Part shown: positions 8,429 through 21,996 of the stretch, in pieces
Layout of the letters: each line of letters starts with the position of its first letter
How positions within the stretch are numbered: position 1 is the first letter of the stretch
Source: Erysipelothrix larvae
Lineage (GTDB): Bacteria > Bacillota_I > Bacilli_A > Erysipelotrichales > Erysipelotrichaceae
NCBI RefSeq assembly: GCF_001545095.1
Contig: NZ_CP013213.1
Coordinates: 210,001 to 242,000, forward strand
Direction of reading: 5' to 3'
DNA length: 32,000 nt
Made by a program: the position numbers and the translations under genes
Notes under the pieces: generated by a model
The model's database searches: none
What the model was told of the DNA's origin: nothing
Seen by the model: only the letters and a program-made list of their open reading frames with translations

Positions 8429-9280
8429 ATGAAAAAAGGAATCTTACTTGGATTGGTTGCGCTTGTACTTGCAGGGTGTTCATCAACAGCACACCATGCA
8501 GTCATGAGCGAACCCGAAACATTATTTACATACAATGGTACAGATTATACTGAAGATTTTGTTTTCCAATCATTGATTACAAATGATACAGGAAACATTT
8601 TGATAAATGAACTTGAAGGGATTGCGATTGCGAATATGCAAGAAAAGAACCCAATTGATATTGAGGCTGCGGTTGAAGAACAGTTAGCCCTTATTAAAGA
8701 GGAATTGGGGGATAACTTTGATACGTACATGACAACCTATTATGGTTCTGTAGAAGCATACATTGAACAAATCCTAAGACCTCAAGTTTATTTACTTGAA
8801 TACTTTGGCTCACAACTTCGTGAAGGTGATTTAGCGTCTGTTAAGTCTGAATATGATATGAAAACCTTGAATGTCTATCTGTTTTCTGAAGAAGCGGATG
8901 CAAATAAGGTAAAAACCATCCTCAGTGAATCAAAAAGTATTGAAACACTAGAATCTCAAATCTCACCAGAAGGTAAGACATCCGTAATCTATACAAATCA
9001 AAATACTTCGTTTGTTGATGGTATGAAGACGCAAATTGCAACACTAAAAAATGCATTTGATGTAGCAATCTATAACGATACTGATAATGAAGTGTTTTAT
9101 GTGTTTGTATTGACTGACAATGAACTGTCCGACGATACGATTGTGGATACAATCTTACAACAAACTGATTTCATTGATGTGAAGATGGGGCAACTATTGA
9201 TGAGTGAATATAATTTCGAAGTGTTTGATGCACGGCTGAAGGAGCAACTTAAAATAAATTCACCAGCATATGTAAAATAG
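8429..9280 (+). CDS. Second PrsA/SurA-like lipoprotein with a degenerate parvulin-like region
   Basis: Lipobox LVLAGC. Size and layout match the upstream paralog. The region LNVYLFSEEADANKVKTIL...VFYVFVLTD aligns to the parvulin core but lacks the His pair. Confidence 0.6.
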   Translation: MKKGILLGLVALVLAGCSSTAHHAVMSEPETLFTYNGTDYTEDFVFQSLITNDTGNILINELEGIAIANMQEKNPIDIEAAVEEQLALIKEELGDNFDTYMTTYYGSVEAYIEQILRPQVYLLEYFGSQLREGDLASVKSEYDMKTLNVYLFSEEADANKVKTILSESKSIETLESQISPEGKTSVIYTNQNTSFVDGMKTQIATLKNAFDVAIYNDTDNEVFYVFVLTDNELSDDTIVDTILQQTDFIDVKMGQLLMSEYNFEVFDARLKEQLKINSPAYVK

Positions 9281-9283
9281 TAT

Positions 9284-9310
9284 GAAAAAAAGACCGATTG
9301 GTCTTTTTTA
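9284..9310. terminator. Bidirectional intrinsic terminator
   Basis: AAAAAAAGACC-GATT-GGTCTTTTTT lies between convergent genes and overlaps the stop of the minus-strand gene. Confidence 0.6.
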
Positions 9311-10186
9311 TATACTCTTAATTTGGGATTCAGTAATCCGTGCATATCGTGTAAATTGACGTGGAATTGGTGCCACATACGTGTTCATTTTATGGGTGAA
9401 CGGATTTTCAATTTTTAATCGATACGCATGCAGTGCCATACGATTAAGTGGATTGCGGGTTGCATCGTATTTACGATCCCCTAAAATCGGAGTCTTAAGG
9501 TCTTGCATGTGAACACGGATTTGATTCTTACGCCCAGTATCAATGTGAACCGCAAGTACGGTAAAGTCTTTCCCTTTTCGAATCGTACGATAATGTGTAA
9601 TCGCATGTTGTCCTGAGTTTGAGGAATACATGTGCGTTGTTTTGTTTTCCTTCAGGAAGGATTCAACCGTTCCGGTATCCTGATCAAGATGTCCTTCGAC
9701 AATCGCAACATACATCCGTTCCTTTACGCGATCATTCCAATTTTCTTGGTACGCTTTTTGGACCGCTTCGCTTTTCGCAAACATAACAACACCCGAAGTA
9801 TTTTTATCTAAACGATGAATGACATAGATTTTATTGCGGGGATCTTTCTTCTTAACATACTGACTGACTGCTCTAAATGCAGTATTCGGTTCTTTCTTTT
9901 CTGTTGATATTGTAAGAAGCCCATAAGGTTTATCAATGACGATAATATTACGATCTTCATAGAGTAATGGGAAGGGTAAATCAAGTTGATCATTGTGTTG
10001 AACGATCTTTATGGTCTCACCTTTCGCAATGGGTTCATCAAACTGAGACACGACTGTATCGTTAACAAGGATACATTGGTGTTTTAAAAGTGACTTGATT
10101 TTAGTTCGTGAGTAATCGAGGTTTGCATTGAGCAAATAATTGAGAAGTGTATCATCATGTTTTACACTTATTAGGATTGGTTTCAT
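9308..10186 (-). CDS. RluA-family 23S rRNA pseudouridine synthase with N-terminal S4 domain (RluD-like)
   Basis: S4-like N-terminus. Catalytic motif HRLDKNTSGVVMFAKS. The C-terminal segment contains GRKNQIRVH. Confidence 0.9.
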   Translation of the reverse strand: MKPILISVKHDDTLLNYLLNANLDYSRTKIKSLLKHQCILVNDTVVSQFDEPIAKGETIKIVQHNDQLDLPFPLLYEDRNIIVIDKPYGLLTISTEKKEPNTAFRAVSQYVKKKDPRNKIYVIHRLDKNTSGVVMFAKSEAVQKAYQENWNDRVKERMYVAIVEGHLDQDTGTVESFLKENKTTHMYSSNSGQHAITHYRTIRKGKDFTVLAVHIDTGRKNQIRVHMQDLKTPILGDRKYDATRNPLNRMALHAYRLKIENPFTHKMNTYVAPIPRQFTRYARITESQIKSI

Positions 10187-10247
10187 AAAATTCCCCTTTC
10201 AAAGGATGAAAACGCTTAATTTTTGTATTAAATATAGATAATTATAT

Positions 10248-10276
10248 TTGACATATAATGTCTTGAATGTTACGAT
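10248..10276 (+). promoter_or_regulatory. Sigma-A promoter of the cold-shock gene (TTGACA - 17 nt - TGtTACGAT)
   Basis: TTGACA at 10248-10253 and TACGAT at 10271-10276 with a TG extension at 10268-10269. This predicts a ~135-nt leader before ATG 10417. Confidence 0.6.
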
Positions 10277-10416
10277 TTGTAAGTAATAAGAAGATTTTGA
10301 TTTCATTATGAAATTATATCGTGATACTCAAAATGTTGTGTGGAGAACTGCTGGTTTAGACTTAAGTTTTACAAATGACGCTTGAGTTCATCTTATTTCT
10401 GATAGGAGGTACTTAG

Positions 10417-10617
10417 ATGAGCACAGGTAAAGTAAAATTCTTTAACGCTGAGAAGGGTTATGGTTTTATTACTGTTGAAGGCGGAAAAGACATTTTCGTT
10501 CATTATTCCGCAATCGACTCTGATGGATACAAAACGCTAGAAGAAGGTCAAAATGTTACATTCGATATCGTTGAAGGTCCACGTGGTGAGCAAGCAGCAA
10601 ACGTTAGAGTTGCTTAA
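10417..10617 (+). CDS. csp: Cold-shock protein, CspA family
   Basis: [15 protein letters not shown] (RNP1) and DIFVHYSAI (RNP2). 66 aa. RBS TAGGAGGT. Confidence 0.95.
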   Translation: MSTGKVKFFNAEKGYGFITVEGGKDIFVHYSAIDSDGYKTLEEGQNVTFDIVEGPRGEQAANVRVA

Positions 10618-10635
10618 TAATAATCACAAACTCAT

Positions 10636-10663
10636 AAAAAGCAGTGTTATGCACTGCTTTTTT
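10636..10663. terminator. Bidirectional intrinsic terminator
   Basis: AAAAAGCAGTG-TTATG-CACTGCTTTTTT lies between convergent genes. Confidence 0.7.
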
Positions 10664-11120
10664 ATCGTCCAATTGCTTGTTCAATGATCTCTGCATATTT
10701 TGAAATATAAGGAAGAGATACCGGTTCGAATTTGAATGACTTCACAAGTCCCAGTAAGTTGATCAACACAAAGAATACAGATACAATGGTCATTGCGATG
10801 ATGAGCATTGAAGTGGATACAACATTCAGGACAGGGATCCAAAAGACTAGTGCAACAAGAATTCTAAAGATTGAATTCACAAGGATTGATACTAAAATAG
10901 TCGCCAGGTTTAATGCAAGACACTGTGCCGCATGATTTCGAACCAATGTATTTTTCTTTTCATAGATCAGTAACAGTAGGGTTGAAACGATAATAATCAC
11001 CGTGCTTAGTCCGTTTGACTTTGATATACCCGCACTTGTAATTAAGCTAACAATCCATATTAGGCATATCGTAAGTTTAGGATCAAGATCAAGAGAGCTC
11101 TCTGATTTGTAATTGTTCAT
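10662..11120 (-). CDS. Small multi-pass membrane protein, DUF4870/Tic20-like
   Basis: Four hydrophobic helices. The motif EKKNTLVRNHAAQCLALNL resembles the conserved FV.FHA.Q.L signature. RBS GAAGGAGG. Confidence 0.6.
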   Translation of the reverse strand: MNNYKSESSLDLDPKLTICLIWIVSLITSAGISKSNGLSTVIIIVSTLLLLIYEKKNTLVRNHAAQCLALNLATILVSILVNSIFRILVALVFWIPVLNVVSTSMLIIAMTIVSVFFVLINLLGLVKSFKFEPVSLPYISKYAEIIEQAIGR

Positions 11121-11187
11121 AGAATTCCTCCTTCATTTATAATATAATGAAATGGTATGAAAGTAAATATATAAACTTGGAGGTTTT

Positions 11188-11988
11188 ATGGTTAATCAAT
11201 TAGCAATGGTCGCAATGGGAGTTTCTATCGCATTGATGGTTGGACTTTCGATATTCGCATTTGTGAAATATCGTAAGAAGGGATTTGTTATATCTGCGAT
11301 TTTATGGGGTATCGGTGCATTTTTCGTTTATAATGCAATCGGTAATCTTTTAAATAGTGTGCTCGTAGGTGCTATTTTTGGTACTCCAGAAGCATACACA
11401 GAATTTATCGAACAAAGTACCTTCGCAACGGGGTTTTATACCGCACTTATAGCTACCATATCATTTATGGCGACGACGATAATTATTACGTTTATTCAAC
11501 ATAAGCGAGGAAATGTGAATGAGGATACTGGAGAAATGACCGGCGTATTCGCGGGATTGTTCTCATGGATTAATCCGATTCAAGGGTCTTTATTCTATTT
11601 TGTGAATATGCTTATGTATAGTTTTGCGATTAATTCAGGAGAATCAATTGCGGAAGTCAGTGAAACTGTAACACAAGAACAAATTGATCGTGTTGTCCAA
11701 ACGATTATCGAAACACCTGCAACAACTTACATTACATTGGCCTTAATGTATATTACCTTGCTCTTCATGTATCGCTTAGCGTTTAAACTCATCGACAAAT
11801 CTTTTGCTGGGAAACAGAAAGTAGGCATCAATATTGCGATTACTGCAGTCTTGTTCTTTGTTGCCTATCTTGGGCTTCAATTCTTAACCCTCAGCAGTGT
11901 TCCACCAGTGATATCAATAATTGGTGTGATTTTACTTGCAGTTCTTGTGCTATATGTGTCTGATAAGGCTACATTCTTAAGGGTATAA
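11188..11988 (+). CDS. Polytopic membrane protein of unknown function (possibly YhfC-like; not verifiable here)
   Basis: About 7 predicted TM helices and RBS GGAGG. It is the first gene of a tightly packed four-gene cluster. Confidence 0.7.
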   Translation: MVNQLAMVAMGVSIALMVGLSIFAFVKYRKKGFVISAILWGIGAFFVYNAIGNLLNSVLVGAIFGTPEAYTEFIEQSTFATGFYTALIATISFMATTIIITFIQHKRGNVNEDTGEMTGVFAGLFSWINPIQGSLFYFVNMLMYSFAINSGESIAEVSETVTQEQIDRVVQTIIETPATTYITLALMYITLLFMYRLAFKLIDKSFAGKQKVGINIAITAVLFFVAYLGLQFLTLSSVPPVISIIGVILLAVLVLYVSDKATFLRV

Positions 11989-11990
11989 GT

Positions 11991-12407
11991 ATGATTGACG
12001 ACATTACGCTCATTGATGTAAGTGATCAATATGAAGTTATGAACGTTTTTACACGCGTGTTCGATATCTATGTTGACACATTAGAAAAAGTAGTGGGGCG
12101 TTGTGAATACCGGTTTGAAGAAGGTATTGATTTAGAATATTATGGTAATGTTGGCTATGTTGTCTATATGCCTTATAGAGGACACGGATATGCTCAGAAG
12201 GCATGTATTGAACTTTTGCGAATCATAAAAAGAGATTATCCAGAAATCGATGATGTATACATTACATGTAATCCAGATAATGAAGCATCTCGAAAAACTA
12301 TTTTACACTTAGGGGCAAAATATCTCTATACAGTGGATGTGAATTCGAATCACGAACTCTATGCCTTTGGGGAAAAGCAAAAAGAAATCTATCGAATAAC
12401 AATATAA
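11991..12407 (+). CDS. GNAT-family N-acetyltransferase
   Basis: Acetyl-CoA motif A YRGHGYAQKACIELL. 138 aa. It starts 2 nt after the upstream stop. Confidence 0.75.
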   Translation: MIDDITLIDVSDQYEVMNVFTRVFDIYVDTLEKVVGRCEYRFEEGIDLEYYGNVGYVVYMPYRGHGYAQKACIELLRIIKRDYPEIDDVYITCNPDNEASRKTILHLGAKYLYTVDVNSNHELYAFGEKQKEIYRITI

Positions 12408-12421
12408 AGGTGAATGTATCA

Positions 12422-13939
12422 ATGAAGAAACTACTAAAATTGCTGACGAATAAGATTTTTGTTGTGGGTCTGATTTTTATTTCCGAATTAGCACTCATAC
12501 TCTTTTTTGCTGCAGATCTTTTATTTAGATATACATGGCTTTATGTTTTAATGATGTTCATCTCATTCTTTCTTGTGCTATGGCTTGTCAATAAGAATGA
12601 TGATCCGATGTATGCATTAGCATGGTCCATTGTAATTTTGGTGTTCCCACCATTTGGTGCAATTATTTATCTGCTTGTTGGCGGTCGTCAGATGCCTAAG
12701 AAGTTACGTGAGAAAATTTCAGAGTCGTATCCTTATCAAGTAGATGACCAAGATGCTGATATACTCCAAGAGATTCATCAGATTGATCCCGCACTCCATA
12801 CACAGGCTAACTTTGTATACAATACAGCACATTATCCAATTTATCGAAATTTGAATGCTGAGTATCTTGAAATCGGTGAACGAAAGTTCGAAAGAATGCT
12901 TGAAATCCTTGAAAAAGCAGAAAAGTTTATCTTCTTAGAATACTTCATTATTAAAGATGGATATATGTGGCAGACCACCTTGGAAGTACTTACTCGGAAA
13001 GTGAATGAAGGGGTGGATGTACGGCTTATCTACGATGACTGGGGTTGTGCACCCTTTGTTGAATTAAAGAAGCAATGTGAAGCAGCTGGGATTAAGAGTG
13101 TAATTTTTAATCCTCTAGTACCACGCCTTGCAATGCAAATGAATAACCGATCACACCGTAAAGCAGTGATTGTTGATGGACGATATGGAATTGTAGGAGG
13201 AATTAATATTGCAGATGAGTATATTAATCGTATCGTCCGATTTGGGCATTGGAAAGATACAGCTGTTCTTATTGAAGGAGAAGCTGTGTATTCATTAACT
13301 TTGATGTTTCTTCAATTCTATCGTTATTATACAGGGATTGCGGAAAACCCCGAATCATATAAATATGATTTTGGGAGAGTGCCAGAAGGAAACGGATATG
13401 TTCAACCTTTTGCAGATGCTCCAACGGATGGGATTGATGTTGGGATTGAAGCACATTTAAATCTGATTAATAACGCAAAAGAATATCTTTACATTCAAAC
13501 GCCTTATTTGATTATTGGGCATGAAATGATTCAAGCACTGTGTATTGCAGCTAAAAGAGGTGTGGATGTTCGAATTTTAGTGCCACATATTCCCGATAAG
13601 AAGATTGTGTTTCAGGGGACAAAATCAAACTATGAGGTGTTATTGGAACATGGTGTTAAAATTTATGAATACACACCAGGGTTTGTTCATTCCAAAACAA
13701 TGGTAAGTGATGATAAGATTAGTATTGTTGGGACAACCAATATGGACTTTAGAAGCTATTACATGCACTTTGAGTGTTCCTTGTTGTTTGTGGACACACA
13801 AGTTGTAAGTGCATGTTATGAAGACTTTATCAAGACTTTGGATGTATCGCATGAAGTTACGTATACTGAGATTAGGAGCACAGCATTTATTGTGAAACTC
13901 TTTAGAGCAACAGTGCGTATCTTTAGTGGATTATTATAG
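12422..13939 (+). CDS. cls: Cardiolipin synthase (PLD superfamily, two HKD motifs)
   Basis: HRKAVIVDG and HSKTMVSDD HKD motifs with two N-terminal TM helices. RBS AAAGGTGA at 12407-12413 favours ATG 12422. The ORF-track start 12410 is a GTG. Confidence 0.9.
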   Translation: MKKLLKLLTNKIFVVGLIFISELALILFFAADLLFRYTWLYVLMMFISFFLVLWLVNKNDDPMYALAWSIVILVFPPFGAIIYLLVGGRQMPKKLREKISESYPYQVDDQDADILQEIHQIDPALHTQANFVYNTAHYPIYRNLNAEYLEIGERKFERMLEILEKAEKFIFLEYFIIKDGYMWQTTLEVLTRKVNEGVDVRLIYDDWGCAPFVELKKQCEAAGIKSVIFNPLVPRLAMQMNNRSHRKAVIVDGRYGIVGGINIADEYINRIVRFGHWKDTAVLIEGEAVYSLTLMFLQFYRYYTGIAENPESYKYDFGRVPEGNGYVQPFADAPTDGIDVGIEAHLNLINNAKEYLYIQTPYLIIGHEMIQALCIAAKRGVDVRILVPHIPDKKIVFQGTKSNYEVLLEHGVKIYEYTPGFVHSKTMVSDDKISIVGTTNMDFRSYYMHFECSLLFVDTQVVSACYEDFIKTLDVSHEVTYTEIRSTAFIVKLFRATVRIFSGLL

Positions 13940-13948
13940 GAGTAGAAT

Positions 13949-14833
13949 ATGGCAAAAATAGGACTAGTATTAGAAGGGGGCGGAATGAGAGGTGCTTACA
14001 CAGCAGGGTGTTTAGCATGGCTCATTGAAAATGGATATGAGTTTGATGTAACAATTGGGATTTCTTCAGGCGCGCTGTATGGCAGTATGTTTGTATTAGG
14101 AAAGAAAGAAACTTTACATCTCGCTTCAACAACAAAAGCAGCGGATTGGAGAAATTCAGGTTTAGGTGCTGTAATCTTTGAGCGACAAGTCGTTGGATAT
14201 AACTATATGTTTGAGACAATCATCAAGGATTTAGATTATCCGCTTGAAGATATCAGCAAAATAAACGGCGAATTCTATGCAGGGGTTTATGATTTAGAAC
14301 TTCAAGAAACAGTATGGAAGAATAAATATGAAATTGATGCGAAAGCACAGTATATAAAAGCAGCGTGTACCCTTCCAGTTATGGGACGCGCCGTGAAGAT
14401 TAATGGTAAGAAATACATGGATGGTGGCATTACAACCATGATTCCTGTGAGTCAAAGCATTGAGCATGGGTGTGATTATCATCTTGTTGTTTCAACAAAA
14501 TCTGCGGATTATGTAAGAAAACCTCAAAAAGGCATCACATATAAAGCAATGAACATTCTCTATCGTAAGTATCCAGAGTTGAATCGTTCCTTTCAAAATA
14601 GAACCAACAAATATTACGAAGAACGTGCTCAAATCGATGCACTGATTGATGAAGGAAAAGCCATCAATTTGTTTCCTTCACAAGAAATGGGTGTTGGACG
14701 TTTTGGTGGAACACTTGAACAGTATAATGCTCTATATGCATTAGCATACAAAGATTGTGAATCACGAAGAGACGCAATTGATACGCTCTATCAGCAGGCA
14801 AAAAACCGAATGAATCCCTTGCTTAATTCATAA
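13949..14833 (+). CDS. Patatin-like phospholipase
   Basis: Oxyanion motif LEGGGMRGAYTAG, nucleophile elbow GISSG and catalytic Asp in YMDGG. Confidence 0.9.
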   Translation: MAKIGLVLEGGGMRGAYTAGCLAWLIENGYEFDVTIGISSGALYGSMFVLGKKETLHLASTTKAADWRNSGLGAVIFERQVVGYNYMFETIIKDLDYPLEDISKINGEFYAGVYDLELQETVWKNKYEIDAKAQYIKAACTLPVMGRAVKINGKKYMDGGITTMIPVSQSIEHGCDYHLVVSTKSADYVRKPQKGITYKAMNILYRKYPELNRSFQNRTNKYYEERAQIDALIDEGKAINLFPSQEMGVGRFGGTLEQYNALYALAYKDCESRRDAIDTLYQQAKNRMNPLLNS

Positions 14834-14878
14834 GAACGGATGCATTCGATCAGTGTAATAATCATCGTAGATTTAAGT

Positions 14879-15541
14879 TTATTTCCATAGGTTAAATGGA
14901 TATGAAGTGGGAAGTTCGCTGGTAAGTGTGATCTTCTCTTTTTTTGTAGGGTGCATAAACGATAGTTTATACGACCACAATGCAATTTGTTGACCGGGTT
15001 TTGAACGTGGGTTATACCGAGCATCTCCCCATAAAGGATGGTTTCTAGAGGCGCATTGAACACGTATCTGATGATGCCTTCCGGTTTCAAGTTTGATGCG
15101 AACTCGACTCAGGTTTTCCTTTTTATTATAATCACTTTCAAGCACAGTGAGTGTTGCTTGTTTTGCATTCTTTTTATCTTTATGTGTGACTTTGCTGGTG
15201 TTGGTATTTCCATCTTTAATGAGCCAATCGGTATAGGTTCCTAAAGGCATCTCACCTTCAACAATCGCAATGTATTCTTTCTCAAGGGTGCGTGTGCGCA
15301 CTTGATCTGAGAGCCGGCTTGCTGCTTTTGAGGTTTTCGCAAATACCATGAGTCCGCCTACGGGACGGTCTAAGCGATGAACCAAGCCAACATAAACATT
15401 GCCGGGTTTGTTGTAGGTTTCTTTGATGTAGTCTTTCACCATTGTCAGTGTATCAAGGTGAAAAGATGCGTCTTGTTGTGAGGGTTGATTGACAGGTTTA
15501 TCAATCACGATCACATGGTTATCTTCATAGTAAATTTTCAT
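14879..15541 (-). CDS. RluA-family pseudouridine synthase (no S4 domain)
   Basis: HRLDRPVGGLMVFAKT catalytic motif and GRHHQIRVQ. 220 aa. Confidence 0.9.
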   Translation of the reverse strand: MKIYYEDNHVIVIDKPVNQPSQQDASFHLDTLTMVKDYIKETYNKPGNVYVGLVHRLDRPVGGLMVFAKTSKAASRLSDQVRTRTLEKEYIAIVEGEMPLGTYTDWLIKDGNTNTSKVTHKDKKNAKQATLTVLESDYNKKENLSRVRIKLETGRHHQIRVQCASRNHPLWGDARYNPRSKPGQQIALWSYKLSFMHPTKKEKITLTSELPTSYPFNLWK

Positions 15542-16376
15542 GTTTTGTCCACCGTGTTGTTTGTCCTAAAATGAGGGGTTTATCTTTAAGGGTAATGGGA
15601 ACGCCAATGTGTTGGGTGTCCAAGATGCCTTTTAAGGGTTTAAAGATGCGTGATGCAATTGCATGGACTTCGCGTTTTGTGATATGCGATGAGTATGTAT
15701 TGAGCACAATGAATTCTACATCTTTATCTAAAATATCATTGACTGCGTTTAAAAGCGGTTCTAAATCTTTCTTTATTTCCCAGATTTCTTTATTTGGTCC
15801 ACGTCCAAATGAAGGAGGATCAAGGATAACACCATGGTAGGTTCTACCACGTCGTTTCTCACGTGCCAAGAATTTCATCACATCATCAACGATTGTGCGT
15901 ATTTTTTTGTCTTCAAGTGTGTTGAGTTTAATGTTTTCTTGGGTTCGAGAAATCGCAGATTTCAAGGCGTCAATATGGACGACTTCTTCAACATTTTCCA
16001 TCGCACATGCAATCGTTGCACCACCGGTATATCCAAATAGGTTTAAGATCCGAAGGGGTTTGTTTGCCCTTTGAATGGAAGCACGGATAAAATCCCAATT
16101 AACCGCTTGTTCGGGGAAAATTCCTAGATGCTTAAATTCTGTAGGTTTCAATTCCATAGCCATATCTTTATAGTGAATGGTCCATGTATCGGGTAGGTTA
16201 TGGGTTTCCCATCCATGTTGCGTATGAATTCCGTTGAATTCAAACGGTGTGTTTGTCAGTGGTTGTGTCCATGAGGGTTCTTTACGTTTTAGAATATAAG
16301 GTCCAAAGCGTTCAATCTTCATGCCATCACCACAATCGATGCATTCATATTCAATCCAATCTTTTGCTAGTCTCAT
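15525..16376 (-). CDS. Class I SAM-dependent RNA methyltransferase (RlmI/RlmK-like, COG1092 type)
   Basis: LNLFGYTGGATIACA (SAM motif I) and ILDPPSFGRG (motif IV). It overlaps the downstream RluA gene by 17 nt. Confidence 0.85.
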   Translation of the reverse strand: MRLAKDWIEYECIDCGDGMKIERFGPYILKRKEPSWTQPLTNTPFEFNGIHTQHGWETHNLPDTWTIHYKDMAMELKPTEFKHLGIFPEQAVNWDFIRASIQRANKPLRILNLFGYTGGATIACAMENVEEVVHIDALKSAISRTQENIKLNTLEDKKIRTIVDDVMKFLAREKRRGRTYHGVILDPPSFGRGPNKEIWEIKKDLEPLLNAVNDILDKDVEFIVLNTYSSHITKREVHAIASRIFKPLKGILDTQHIGVPITLKDKPLILGQTTRWTKHENLL

Positions 16377-16415
16377 TTAAGGTTCTCCATCGTCTTCTTG
16401 TATCATTATAGCATG

Positions 16416-16464
16416 TGATATAATGCAATCTCACATCAATTGGTGGCAAGCCTTATGGTATAAT
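16416..16464 (+). promoter_or_regulatory. Two tandem extended -10 elements (TGaTATAAT and TGgTATAAT) upstream of pcrA
   Basis: TGATATAAT at 16416-16424 and TGGTATAAT at 16456-16464. Neither has a strong -35. Confidence 0.4.
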
Positions 16465-16471
16465 AGAATCG

Positions 16472-21686
<5,215 letters not shown>

Positions 21687-21699
21687 CAGGAGGATAAAC

Positions 21700-21996
21700 A
21701 TGAAGCGATTTACGAATGAACAAATAGATAGTTTGTGTGAAGATTTAATGCTTACAATCTCTGACGAAGAGCGCGCTTTTATTCTTAAAGAAAGTGAAAT
21801 CTTTATGGCTCAGTTGGAAGCAATACAGGATGTGGATACCGATAATGTAGCCATGATGTCCTATCCTTTTGAAGTTGAAACAAATTGGTTGCGTGAGGAT
21901 GTGGTAACCCACGTTCTATCACAAGAAGTGATGTTTGAGAATGCACCTAAAACGCAAGGTGATTACATTGAGATTGTGAAGGTGATTGAGAAATGA
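21700..21996 (+). CDS. gatC: Asp/Glu-tRNA amidotransferase subunit C
   Basis: 98 aa immediately upstream of gatA with an ATGA overlap. The GatC-like pattern ...L.L...E......L..IL..V..L..VDT..V is present. Confidence 0.9.
   Translation: MKRFTNEQIDSLCEDLMLTISDEERAFILKESEIFMAQLEAIQDVDTDNVAMMSYPFEVETNWLREDVVTHVLSQEVMFENAPKTQGDYIEIVKVIEK

Noticed and set aside
14791-15090. 99-aa minus-strand ORF overlapping the 3' end of the RluA gene.
   Set aside because: It is in a different frame from a motif-supported gene, with no RBS or motif.
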